Source: Schizochytrium sp. TIO01
Taxonomy: Eukaryota; Protista; Bigyra: Labyrinthulomycetes
Assembly (NCBI GenBank): GCA_004764695.1
Contig: SMSO01000034.1
Location: forward strand, 186,001-250,000
Direction of reading: 5' to 3'
Length of the DNA: 64,000 nt
Positions 36,301 to 47,086 of the stretch are shown here, one piece after another (positions within the stretch are counted from its first letter, which is position 1; each line of letters begins with the position of its first letter). Position numbers and translations under genes: made by a program. The notes under the pieces were generated by a model. The model was given only the letters and a program-made list of their open reading frames with translations. It was not told the origin of the DNA and did no database searches.

Positions 36301-38135
36301 GCCATGGGAGACGCTGCTGGAGTCCCAACAAAACCGTTAAAGTTCCAGTCTTCAACATCATCCATGAAGCTCTTGGGCTTGCGTGCTTTGTATTGTGGCG
36401 GATGCTGATGACCAGGACCCCGGCGGTAAGGTGGTGAAGCCACGGGTGTTTTACCAAGGCTGGGAGAGAGGGAAGATGTGTGCACATGTGTAGATGTCCT
36501 GAATTCAGGCGACGCAGCTGGCGTCTCTGCCATCTCGAATTCTGGTGATGCAGAAGGTGTCGAGTACAAATACGAGCGAGTGGCCGCTACAGCGGCGTTT
36601 ACAGCTGCGGGGGCTGCTCTTGCAGCAGCAATTTTAGCTGCCACGAAATGTGGCGACGCAGCAGGTGTTTCTGCAATGCCTCTTTTGTAGGGTGCTGACG
36701 CAGGAGCAGCATAACCGCTGTACCTCTCTGCAGCGGCCGCTCTGGCTGCAGCAAAGTTAGGTGAGGCTGCTGGTGTCTCAGCGATATTTTCATTCCTCGA
36801 AATTGATGGCGTTGACTGAACATGATGCTGGCGGACAGCCTGTGCCGCGTACGCTTCTCGCCTGCGCTGCGCTGCCTCGACAGCTCTGACATTTTCAAGA
36901 TGAGGCGACGCGGCAGGTGTATCTGTTACGCCAAATTCTGGCGAGGCTGCTGGAGCAGAAAATGATGCAGCTCTTCGCCTTGCTGCAGCATACACATCGT
37001 CAAGATGAGGCGATGCAGCCGGTGTATCCGCAATCCCAAAATCAGGGGAGGCAGACGGGGCTGTATCGTATCCGTACCGCCTTGCTGCCGCAGCAGCAGC
37101 AGCAGCGGCTGCAGCGGCTGCTCGCACATCTTTCATGTGTGGTGATGCAGCTGGAGTATCTGCAACTCCAAACTCTGGTGAAGCGGAAGGTGCTGAGTAT
37201 GAAGACGTGTGTCGATGTTTTGCTGCTGCAGCTACTGCTGCAGCTGCCTCTGCTGCACGTACATCGTGAAGATGAGGCGAGGCTGCTGGTGTGTCTGCAA
37301 CCCCAAAATTAGGTGATGCTGCAGGTGCGGAATAAGAGTCTTCTCGATGGCCCCTCGCCGCTGAGGCAGACGCTGCAGCCGCTGCCGCTGCTGCCGCTGC
37401 TGCAGCCGCCCTTACGTCCTCCATATGCGGAGATGCTGCTGGTGTGTCAGCAATACCGAACTCTGGTGATGCTGCTGGAGCAGAAAATGCTTCCTGGTGA
37501 TGATGGCGCCTTGCTGCGAAAGCTGCTGCTGCAGCCGCTGCTGCCCTTACATCTTCCATGTGTGGTGAAGCTGCTGGTGTATCTGCAATTCCAAATTCTG
37601 GTGATGCAGCAGGTGCGGAAAAGGTCTCGTGGTGTTGACGATACCTTGCTTCAGCGGCGGCGGCTGCTGCTGCCCTAATATCCTCCATATGTGGTGATGC
37701 TGCAGGTGTGTCTGCAACCCCAAAGTCTGGTGATGCAGCAGGTGCGGAAAAGGTCTCGTGGTGTTGACGATACCTTGCTTCAGCGGCGGCGGCTGCTGCC
37801 CTAATATCCGCCATATGTGGTGATGCTGCAGGTGTGTCTGCAACGCCAAAGTCTGGTGATGCTGCTGGCATAGAATAGGAGCTTCGTTGCATAGGTATCC
37901 TAAAATCTGGTGATGCAGCTGGTGTGTCTGCGATGCCGTTAGCCTCGAAACGTTCGCGTTTATGTCTCTCTCGCATTATGAGAACCCTTCTCCTCATTTC
38001 AGGTGAGGCCGACGGAATGTCCACGCCTTCGATTTCTGGTGATGCTGCTGGTGTGTTTGACTCTGCTCCGACCAACGAACATGCGCCAATAAAGAGCAGG
38101 AGCCATGCTGCCAGCAGTTTCCCAACACGAGCCAT
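33315..38135 (-). CDS. Type I membrane protein: signal peptide, PAASP repeats, EGF-like domain, TM, CHAT (caspase-like) protease, STAND/NB-ARC-like P-loop NTPase
   Basis: Signal peptide MARVGKLLAAWLLLFIGACSLVGA. About 25 P(A/S)ASP motifs. EGF CSHRGECIDGECACEFGYGGPNC. TM MALSFLQGSVFVAIFVWASL. CHAT motifs LLFASPL, LHFSGH, LVVLNAC and FTRAFYLALACGRTVRDAF. NTPase motifs DFLGR, SGMGKT and LIVLDD, with C-terminal GNPREI. Confidence 0.85.
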   Translation of the reverse strand: MARVGKLLAAWLLLFIGACSLVGAESNTPAASPEIEGVDIPSASPEMRRRVLIMRERHKRERFEANGIADTPAASPDFRIPMQRSSYSMPAASPDFGVADTPAASPHMADIRAAAAAAEARYRQHHETFSAPAASPDFGVADTPAASPHMEDIRAAAAAAAEARYRQHHETFSAPAASPEFGIADTPAASPHMEDVRAAAAAAAAFAARRHHHQEAFSAPAASPEFGIADTPAASPHMEDVRAAAAAAAAAAAAASASAARGHREDSYSAPAASPNFGVADTPAASPHLHDVRAAEAAAAVAAAAKHRHTSSYSAPSASPEFGVADTPAASPHMKDVRAAAAAAAAAAAAARRYGYDTAPSASPDFGIADTPAASPHLDDVYAAARRRAASFSAPAASPEFGVTDTPAASPHLENVRAVEAAQRRREAYAAQAVRQHHVQSTPSISRNENIAETPAASPNFAAARAAAAERYSGYAAPASAPYKRGIAETPAASPHFVAAKIAAARAAPAAVNAAVAATRSYLYSTPSASPEFEMAETPAASPEFRTSTHVHTSSLSPSLGKTPVASPPYRRGPGHQHPPQYKARKPKSFMDDVEDWNFNGFVGTPAASPMAGEQYRPTKEQLLVADKHKRANGVSLSPTPLGSNFARISPQFETENNGKEHPVEFLPNIATNKTCLQSSSSSSEGTFCRLTAGRQTIATASEDSPYIIMDLDGLYYVDHISFAVNVDEVSEQSKLLVWCSNVTNVDLVADVSPLPFSWKKVVLQDSGNFSMHVHTACSYIRIQRLSFGQLKLHDVKIFGAEITNRDTYRCQSNQDGAICSHRGECIDGECACEFGYGGPNCEDYMLSRMALSFLQGSVFVAIFVWASLNYRVPNDLMKLRREVSVSIGDEEELDEADKPIIVAKVSGPAKRSISADPPRPHAVDIRQTSANSDSGISIASSTSASSSSSSTFQPLEQPGPHIRCSSDIPFVESPPNSDSLLPSLIPVAKAAPTDPQEGVVHLLFASPLIMMGKEGVSGNPDSQFRPIQGLDIQREYNMLRRSLRHAALASGQSLRSEVPVSVSCATVESFHTLMTLGNVRCLHFSGHCTKNFIAFEDAAGQLHSVSMDMLRGLLRSTITQRSFKTLRLVVLNACNSDAAAREFVLAGVAHVIAYRKRVRDQVAAVFTRAFYLALACGRTVRDAFESAREAVQSSPSFADDEMDAFVLLPDNDSHREVIWRPTAQDRRQTRTWPQSETMQPLPPLCEDFLGRHASMWTVLRYLMQDRRRLVAVCSEASGMGKTQVSLAVAHHLHQRRCSTVMRDGIFYVKSAHYHHHHHHRHTKDSPEEAIMELASLVDNLWDALYPFLSSEASPADQNTSTERSVSAMLSTQYGSASTYDIEDDALEFAPHFADRRAVSKEAIMTMESLLNSESSSFSSDEESVSDEEDDIHDDLSNGEADKARRLERLALSDLRRRAVAKSNVLARALAQRAAKCLIVLDDFRESPLTIAVLHGILDRTSNVRILVTSAQPLHLGHTLNVNVVNYQLQPMHAGDAALLFVRHLKRKIVVNPSSNPREATLQEVAQHKLIKNCVGNPREIIHLAVELSTQPGADVDLDAALDTTL

Positions 38136-39905
38136 TGTGAAAAAAAGAAGATTTACCTGTGTATATAATCAATAAATGTGCGAAAGAAGGTATGTATATT
38201 ACGTATTTTTTCGCTTCCTCGTTTGTGAGTTTGTGAGAGTGTAGGCTGTTTAAATTTGCTGCTACACCCTGACAAATTCTGCTTATGTAATGGAAATCAA
38301 TTCCTTGCGTCGAGAGAGTGGAGGAGAAACCCCAAATATTAATTACAACACAGCCAATAGATCAGAGACCACTGCACGACGGCCTTCAACTAAATTAAGC
38401 TACTCCCAACTCCAACCAAGGTGATCAAGCCGAAGAGTATCACAGAAGAATGATGCGCGAGCTTTCGCACCTTTTATTCTTTGATAATAGAAAAACGAAA
38501 GGCCAAAGAACGAGATAGTAAAACACTACAACAAGATAGTGAAAACGAAACCCAAGATGAAAACGGTCTCCTGAACGGGGCGGGCTCAACCCGGCTCGTC
38601 TACAGTCTCCGTTCCCTTCTTCGCGTATAGCACTGCGCTTCCACCGCGACAGAAGTAGTAGAGGCCGACGGACTAGTCGAAAAACCTAGTTGAAATAGTA
38701 GTTGAGAATCGAATTGACCAGACGACCAGCAGAGCGTCCGCGGACGCGATGATGGGTCGCCTTGCAGCCGACCACCAGTCCTGCGACCTAGAGCTATGCT
38801 CCCGCCTGCGCTCAGGGCGTCTGGCGGGAGCTGATTCGTCCTCGGCCGCGGCTCCTCGCGGCGATGGGCGGTGTCTAGGGGCGGTCTCGCGCGGCCGCTC
38901 CTGACGTCCTCTATCAAAGTTGTTTACACTGACGATTTCGAAAAGAGTGAAGCGGCCTTCCTCTATGCCCCCCTCCGATGGGGCCCCTCAATGCCTCACA
39001 GGGTTATTGCGGGAGTCTATGCTCCTAATGTCCACTATATGGGCACTATGCGGCGAAGTTTGCTCCGCAACACCGGAAGGGGCCGCAATTGAGGTTGTCT
39101 CGGTGTGCAGTTGTCTTATTATACTTGTATCAAAAGGACAGGTGCAAGGCGAAGCGGCCGCGCCTCAGCTAAAACTTGTATCTGTGGTCGGCAGCAAAAT
39201 CCGGGTGAAAGACACGAGCGAAAGGGCCGAGAGGCGCCAGTGTGTATGAGAGGAGAACACCACTGAAGAACTAAACTAGAGGGACAGCCACTCACACGCC
39301 ACTGACACACTACCCTCTGCAGAAATGTTGTGATTATGTTCCCAATTTGGCTTGGGCGGCAGGACAGTGGATATGCTGAAGTTACGAAGTGCCAGACTTA
39401 TTCAAATTTACATTTTTAAATTTTCAAATTAGCTATTCAGACACACTAACACTGGAAACGTATTTAAGGACATCACTACGACCAATCATTTGCAGAGGAA
39501 AACATTCTAGAAAACTCCGATCGGAGCAGGAAAAAAAGAAAAACGAAGCTTTGGGAATCCTTCGAAAAAACCAGCCCCTCCAGTCAAGCGCACTGCGGGC
39601 AGTCCCTCCCCTCACAAATCTATCACCAAAGTACCACAAGTGCTCAGAGTCGCCTCACGAAGCTCAGACTCCCAAACCGCAGCTTTCCCACCGTCTTGGC
39701 TTTCTGCTCCAACTGTGGACCATAGTATCTCTATCACATCTCCACAGTTCCAAACCGGCCGTCCTCCGAGCCAACTCACCTTCTTCCTTTTCTTTTTCTC
39801 TACTCCATACTTCTATTCGTTGAATATAGGCACCCCTATATAAACAGAAATATAAATACCTCGTTTGATGTTGCAATATAATAGAAACGCGAGTATTCCC
39901 TGATT

Positions 39906-40108
<203 letters not shown>

Positions 40109-40939
40109 TGGTGTTCGAGCGCATTCGCGAATTCACGTGCTTCTTCGACAATTCGATCGATAGTAAAGCCGAAGGCACTTCGTGATGTCGGTAGCGATGC
40201 CCTCCTTCCTTCAGGGCCGAGCCGGAGGAGGTTGCCTGAGAACCAATGGTGATGGACACGAAGCAACAACTTTCAAAGCAAGCAAGAATGAATGAAAGAG
40301 ACGAAGAAAGGAAATTAATTGGAAGCACACCAAAGAAGTCTCGCCAAAACTGCAAAGGAGTACTGCTAGGGGCCGCCTAGTCCAGACTACCAAGTGTTCC
40401 AAGCGGCGGCAGTGTTCTAAGAACGGCGGCGGGAATCCTCGGCTCAGGGATCATTGAACTTCGAACTTCGAGTTTGTGGCGCATACAATCATATCTCTGC
40501 CTGCGCAGAACTCGCTATAAATAAATAAATCAATCAATACATCAATGAATCAAGGTTGTCGGGAAGCTCGGCGATCGTTTGCGTTGGCTTTGGTGAAGAC
40601 CGCCATGGAGATTGCGGACCCGGGTGTCCTGCAGGAGCACTTGTCCTTCAGTTGTTTTAGTTTGCTCACACGCTCGGACAGGCAATCGATCGATCGATCG
40701 CTCGATCGCTCGCTCGAACGAGGAGGTCAAGATGCCAAAGGTTGGCGACCAGAACTTGAACTTGCGGGAACTGCAGTTCTTCTGCAGGAGCGGATGGCCA
40801 GGACAACGCAATGAATGGCCGGCCTCTGGACCACCGATCGCGACGCGCCGCGTGCCGCCGACTGACTGACTGACTGTCTTGTCGTCGCCCGAGTGAGTGC
40901 TCGTACACCGGTCTGAAACCATCGTGCGCCGAGGATGGA

Positions 40940-41161
40940 GAAGAAGAAGAAGAAGAAGAAGAAGAAGAAGAAGAAGAAGACCAGGTTCTGCGTTCGCAGC
41001 TTGAAGATCTCGGGTGCCTTTCCGCAAATCAATGGAATCCATTCATTCATTCGTAAATGAACGAATGAATGAATGAATGAATGCTCGGTTGAAATCTGAA
41101 CCGCAGCGCAACCCATTTCGAAGGTGCACACCATTCACCTTCGAATGCTCGAGGAATTGAT

Positions 41162-41192
<31 letters not shown>

Positions 41193-42035
41193 TCGCGGTG
41201 CAGCCCAAGAGCTCGGGCTCGGCGCCTTGCAAACCCTCGAGCGAGAGAGCTGGCGAGCGAGAGAGCTTGCCTGCTTCGGGCACTCGCAATCCCGGGTCGG
41301 CGTGAATGGTGGAAGGAATGCTTTGCTTGCTTCTGACGAGCTAGGAAGCGAGTTAACTCATGCAAGCCTCGGGGACGCCGGGTTCAAGTTGGCAGAAAGC
41401 CCTGGGCATTCATTCATTCCAGTTTGCAAACCGCTGACGGTGGCAATGCCCAAGCTCGCCCATCGAGCACGAGGACGAGCACGAGGACGAGCACGAGGAC
41501 GAGCACGAGGACGAGACAGGCTTGAGCTTGGACGTGGCACTACGCAGGTAGCGCGCAGCTGACGTTTGTGGGCAAACTGTAAGGCCGACCTGCGAGGTCT
41601 CCGGCTTGGACGCTGGCAGTCGACCAACTAACTCTTCCTTGAGCCCTCCAGTTGGGCTCTTGGAAAGCTCGCCGTGCCGTGTGAGCTGGCATCCCAAGCG
41701 TCCATGGCCTCCGCGACGGCGAGGTCGCCCGCGCCGCTCACCTCGTCCATTCGCCTTGCATGGTCGCCGCGGGAGCGAGCGCGAGTGAGGAGGAGCACGC
41801 ATCGCCGAGCTCAAGTTGATCGGCGCCTTTCGCAAAGCATGGTCCTTCGTTAAGACGCCACGTCGCAGGATGCTCTTGCGTCGCATTCAAAATCAAACGT
41901 GAGCCTTGGCCTCTAGTGCGGCCCCAAATGACAATCCAGTGCACTGCAATGCAGTCATTTGCTGCAATTGCACTAAACTTGGGCAGCTTGATTCTAGTGC
42001 AAGCCTGAGAAAGCGCCACCTTCCCAGACCGCCCA

Positions 42036-42072
<37 letters not shown>

Positions 42073-42100
42073 AAGTTTGCAAGTTTGCAAGTTTGCAAGT
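40940..42100. repeat. Microsatellite-rich non-coding region: (AAG)n, (GAAT)n, (GCAA)n, 12-bp (GAGCACGAGGAC)n, (TTGC)n
   Basis: Tracts are visible at ~40940, 41060, 41165, 41465 and 42037. Confidence 0.85.
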
Positions 42101-44670
42101 CTGCATGTTTGTACGTATGTAAGTTTTCGCGGCCGATTGTTTGTTGCGACCACAATTTGCCCTCCCAGCAGGAGCTATGGTGGGCCAGCTTGCTCGCGGA
42201 AGTCTTCGCGAGCTCGAAAAGAATTGCCCACAGGGCTGCTAGTTGGTCAGTAAGCGACGCTTACACTTATGATTGCCGCTTCACAGGGCGGGGAACCTTC
42301 CTACCTGAAGCTAGCTACCTACAGTTTCCCAAGCCCGATTCACATCTGCGCAAACTGCCTCGACTCGGAGGAGTACCAGTGAATACCTAAGACGATTTAA
42401 GGGCTCGACCAAGAGCTCGTTAGCAACTTCACCCAGTCTGTGCGAGAGGCAAACGACTCGTTTGCCAAAACTGGCCAAGTCTCAAGACCAACGAACTCTT
42501 GGGACCAACGACCAAGGTTAATTGGAGTGGACTTTTTGTTAAAGGGTGCCTATAAGTTAGAGAGATCGAAATGCTTGGCAAAGGCTCTTTCGTGACCATG
42601 GTGGGATACGGCTTTAAGCGATGAATCAATGCCTCGAGCCTTGTGCCCTCACGCAAAATATTAATTCCATGCCGAAATCTCGTTGTTATCCATGTATATA
42701 TTTCCGCTAGCTAGTCGCCCCATTGTGCAATGCTGATAGCAAAAGTACATTATATCATTTCATAAATATTGCTGAATTCACTAGCCCAATCAAATGTTCT
42801 GCTCATCGCCTCGCCTCGCCCCGCACAACTTATCTTGGACAGAGTGTGTACTGATCCGTGACATGCTATGCTTAAAATTAGTGGTGCACACCTTCTTGTC
42901 CTTTATCTATGCTTGTCTTTATTTTGTATGTATATGCGAAAAGGTCTTGTTTCTGATCGTCACCTGCAAGTTGACGTTGAGTTTGTTTAATGCATCTCTA
43001 TCTTTTATAAGAACCTTAAGAAAGAAAGGACCTGAGCTGAAAGTTGCGCCTGGAAACACCGATCACGTGTGGCAGGTTGCTATCAGGTGAGGACGACCAC
43101 TGTTCTGGTGGAACTCCAAGAGAACATTCCCTCAAAGCGCACTTCTGAGACAACAGATTTTACATGAGCGCGAGCTTTGAAGCGTGACGTAACCACCACA
43201 TATCCTTCGAGCGAAAAGTAGAATTGCAAAGGTGCTTGCTGATCCTTGCGCGTGCTATGCTACTAAACTTCGCGTGTGGCCCATTTGCCTCTTTCGACCT
43301 GCCCAAATTCGTCTGTCGAATATTTTTGTAAAGATTCGGTGAGCTGGCATTTTAAAGATTCAAGAGCGTCAGTCGTCAAGAAAGCCGTGAAGTGAAACCG
43401 TTCAGGAATCGATTCTCTCTAGAGATTAATTATCATGTCATGATGGTACCATGCATGGCGCAGAGACGTTCTTTGAGCCAGTTATGCGGCCTTTGTTTTG
43501 ACTGAGTCTTCATGTAAATGATCATCACTATAGAAAGTACCTCATCTCTTTCGAAAGCGCAACTACGTTGCAAACCCACCAAGGAGTTCTGGCAAGTTTA
43601 TGTGCAAACTCTGAATTGATCAGAATGGCAGCATTTGCAAATTTATGAAAGGGGGGTGAGGAAAAAGTATATTGTACCTAAAAGTAATAGTGTTGCATGT
43701 TGGCAAGGGGGGGAAATGGACATTTGGCCACTTTGTATGTGCCTTGAGTTTTCTACCCAAGTAAAACAATAGGTAGCTGTAGGTGGCTTGTGACCAGTGA
43801 GGGCATTCGCATGCATGCTGGTGAATAGTGACAGTATATGCTTGATGGAGAAGGTATGCTCTGAGGGGAGTGCATGCAAGTCGTAGGTGTGCCAGATATA
43901 TTACATGTTCGTTACCTGTAAAGCAAGACAATTTTTGTTTTAGATCCTCAATTCTTTTCAATCAAGGAACAGAGGCGTCCGAAGTCGAGGCTCAAGCCGC
44001 AATTGCCGCATTCAAAGACTCTCACTAGTCAGAGATGATGGGCTAATATCTTTAAAACTTGGGCCAAAACAAATCACTCATGGCATCCGATGGAAATCCT
44101 GAAAGAAGTACAGATTATGCACCACCAATTACTGGCGACTTACCTCCTAGTTCCTCGAATTCCCAGTCCATCAATCCATGTTTTGCTTTGCTTTGGTCAC
44201 TATCATTGCCCAGCACACTCCTCAAATGTGCGTCGTCGTACATATCTGTGTTGCGAAAGTGCGTCGTTCACTAATCCCGGCAAATCAGCATACTAATACA
44301 CGCCATCTATATTACTCCAATATATCAAACTTAGCGTACTAATACTCGTTTTCGGCACGCGTTGTGTTTTGCCATTGAGCATCAGTAGGTACGTCTTTCT
44401 TTATCATCGTGGCCGCTAAGTGGTCCTATAGATATATGTAGGTGCGAATAGTGCGATAAAAGAAAAAGAAAGGTAAATTGTAGTAGTACTATAGTACATA
44501 ATAATTAGAAGATTTAAGAGTAGATATCTTTCAATTTTGAAATTTTGAAATACTTGTAACTTGAAAAAAATATTTTAAACTTGAAGGTGAAAATGTAACA
44601 ATTTGGAGTTGAATAGTTAGTTTGTGAGGCAGACTCCAATCTTCTGCTGCGTCTGCGTGAAGGTTGAGGA

Positions 44671-44710
<40 letters not shown>

Positions 44711-44794
44711 CTGGTCACCTGGTTTTGCGTTCTTGCGTGCGCTCAAATACCATTCTTGATTAGCTTGCGTGGGTGCGGTTTAGTGTTGTTGAAG

Positions 44795-46471
44795 ATGGCA
44801 GCCTATAAGGATGCTGTGGCGCGGCTGGCGGTGGCGTACCCGCGTGCTAAAGATATGGTGTATAGGTACGGCACCGCAGGGTTCAGAGAACCCGCCGAGG
44901 TCTTAGACTCTGTCTTTTTGCGTGTGGGAATGCTTTCTTGGGTTCGTGCTTTGAGCACAAGAGCCTCAGTGGGACTGATGGTGACCGCTTCTCACAACCC
45001 GCACCGCGACAATGGCGTCAAGCTTGTGGACCCTGATGGTGGAATGCTCAGCCAGAACTGGGAGACCTTTGCAACAGACCTTTGCAATGCTCAAGAGGGT
45101 GATGTTGTTGAGGTTTTGGAGCAAATTTGCAAAGATGCCGGAGTAGACCTTGACCAAAAGTTGCCAGAGAACGTCCAGGTCTACATAGGCTGGGACACCC
45201 GTCGCCACAGCCAGCGTCTTGCAGACATTGCTGCTCAAGGTGTCGAGGCCATTGGCGGCAGGCTTGAGCGCATCGGCGTTGTCACCACACCGATTTTGCA
45301 CCACTGTGTGCGCTCCAGCAACCTCCCCGAGGAAGTTGAACTTGCAACCGTCGAGGGTTATAACGTCAAGCTCGGCAGGGCCTACGCTTCCCTCGTTGAG
45401 GGCTGCGAAAGGCCGTCTAAGCTCATCGTGGACACTGCTTTTGGTGTTGGAGGCCCGTGCTTCGCCAAACTCAACGATTCGCTCGGCGATCTTAAGCTTG
45501 ACGTGGAAGCCCGCAATGTGCCTACTGGCGCTGAGGATAAGCTTGAAGAGGAGGCATCCAAGCTTAACAACGGTGTGGGCGCAGAGCATGTTCAAAAGAA
45601 GCTTCAGTTCCCCGAAAATGTGCCCAAGTTGCCCGAGGAACGTGGCTCTCGCTGCTGCAGCTTCGATGGCGATGCTGATCGCATCGTCTACTACCGCGCA
45701 AGTGATTCGGACGCCCTGAACCTCTTTGATGGGGACAAGATCGCTTGTTTGTATACCTTCTTCATCCAAAAGCAGATGAGCGTTCTTCCTGAAAGTCTTA
45801 CAGAGTATGTCAAGGTTGGATGCATCCAAACCGCATACGCCAATGGTGCCTCTTCAAAGTACATCAAGGAAACCCTCAATGTTGAAGCACCCCTCACGAA
45901 GACTGGTGTCAAACACTTGCACCATAAAGCTGTTGAATACGACGTAGGTGTATACTTCGAGGCAAACGGCCACGGCACGGTCCTCTTTAACCCTACTTTC
46001 ATCAGACAGCTCAGTGATGCCTTGCCTGACCTCTCGGGCGAGAAGGAGATTGCTGCAGTCAAGACGCTGCTTGCTCTTGAGCAACTTATCAACCAGGCCA
46101 CCGGTGATGCCATGGCCGATCTCCTCGCAGTAGAAGCGATTCTTGCAGTGGAGAAAATGACTCTGGACGATTGGGATGAATTTTACACAGATCTTCCCTC
46201 GCGTCAGCTTAAGTGCACCGTTTCGGATCGTACCGCCATCAAGACCAACGATGATGAATCCCGCGTTCTCGAGCCAGAGTCTCTTCAGGACGCAATCGAT
46301 AGCCTCGTAAGCCAATACTCCTCGGGACGGGCTTTTGCAAGACCCTCCGGTACTGAGGATGCAGTGCGTGTATATGCTGAAGCTTCAACTTCTGAGGAAG
46401 CTGACGAACTTGCCAAGAAAGTTTTACAAGCAGTATATGATCATGCTGGTGGAGTCGGAGATCGCCCTTAA
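44795..46471 (+). CDS. PGM3: Phosphoacetylglucosamine mutase (558 aa)
   Basis: YGTAGFR, catalytic-Ser loop MVTASHNP, metal loop FDGDADR, sugar loop GVYFEANGHG and phosphate loop RPSGTEDAVRVYAEA are all present. The ATG is at 44795. Confidence 0.95.
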   Translation: MAAYKDAVARLAVAYPRAKDMVYRYGTAGFREPAEVLDSVFLRVGMLSWVRALSTRASVGLMVTASHNPHRDNGVKLVDPDGGMLSQNWETFATDLCNAQEGDVVEVLEQICKDAGVDLDQKLPENVQVYIGWDTRRHSQRLADIAAQGVEAIGGRLERIGVVTTPILHHCVRSSNLPEEVELATVEGYNVKLGRAYASLVEGCERPSKLIVDTAFGVGGPCFAKLNDSLGDLKLDVEARNVPTGAEDKLEEEASKLNNGVGAEHVQKKLQFPENVPKLPEERGSRCCSFDGDADRIVYYRASDSDALNLFDGDKIACLYTFFIQKQMSVLPESLTEYVKVGCIQTAYANGASSKYIKETLNVEAPLTKTGVKHLHHKAVEYDVGVYFEANGHGTVLFNPTFIRQLSDALPDLSGEKEIAAVKTLLALEQLINQATGDAMADLLAVEAILAVEKMTLDDWDEFYTDLPSRQLKCTVSDRTAIKTNDDESRVLEPESLQDAIDSLVSQYSSGRAFARPSGTEDAVRVYAEASTSEEADELAKKVLQAVYDHAGGVGDRP

Positions 46472-47086
46472 TCTGACACAAACTTAGAGATCATGTCAAC
46501 CTGCATGTTACAGCCTGACCCGAGTCAGGGCAAAGCAATAACACGATGTCTCAATCTCCCTAACATACCCGTGTAGCCGGCTCTTGGAGGCCAATAAAAG
46601 GAGTAAAAAATAAGCATAGCTTCAGTTGTTTGTAATATGTTTGCTATCCAGCTTATAAAGCTTATACTAGAACCTGATGATGTTTTTCAAGGAAACGTAC
46701 AGTACCAGAGCCAACTTGACGATCAATATAATCAATAAGATTGCATTGATTTCCACATATTGGGGCTTCGAGAGGCCCCTTTCTGTAAAATACTCGGACT
46801 TTATTCTCCATTTCAAATGGTTCAAAACAATGAAACAGAGCAAAGAAGAGTGGAAAACGAATATAGGCTATTCTTTGCAAGCTGCACAATAAGCTAGGTG
46901 GCTATAGGACAAAACAAAAATAACGACCTCAATTACATAACACAAGCTAAGTATCAATATGAATATTGGAGTTTACACCGCGCCGCAGAAGTTCTCGTAT
47001 TCTCAGGAGGTGCTTCAATTGATGGACAACTGAGACAGTTGAAATACATATGCACACATGCGACTCTACTGCGTAGGCCCGTAAAA

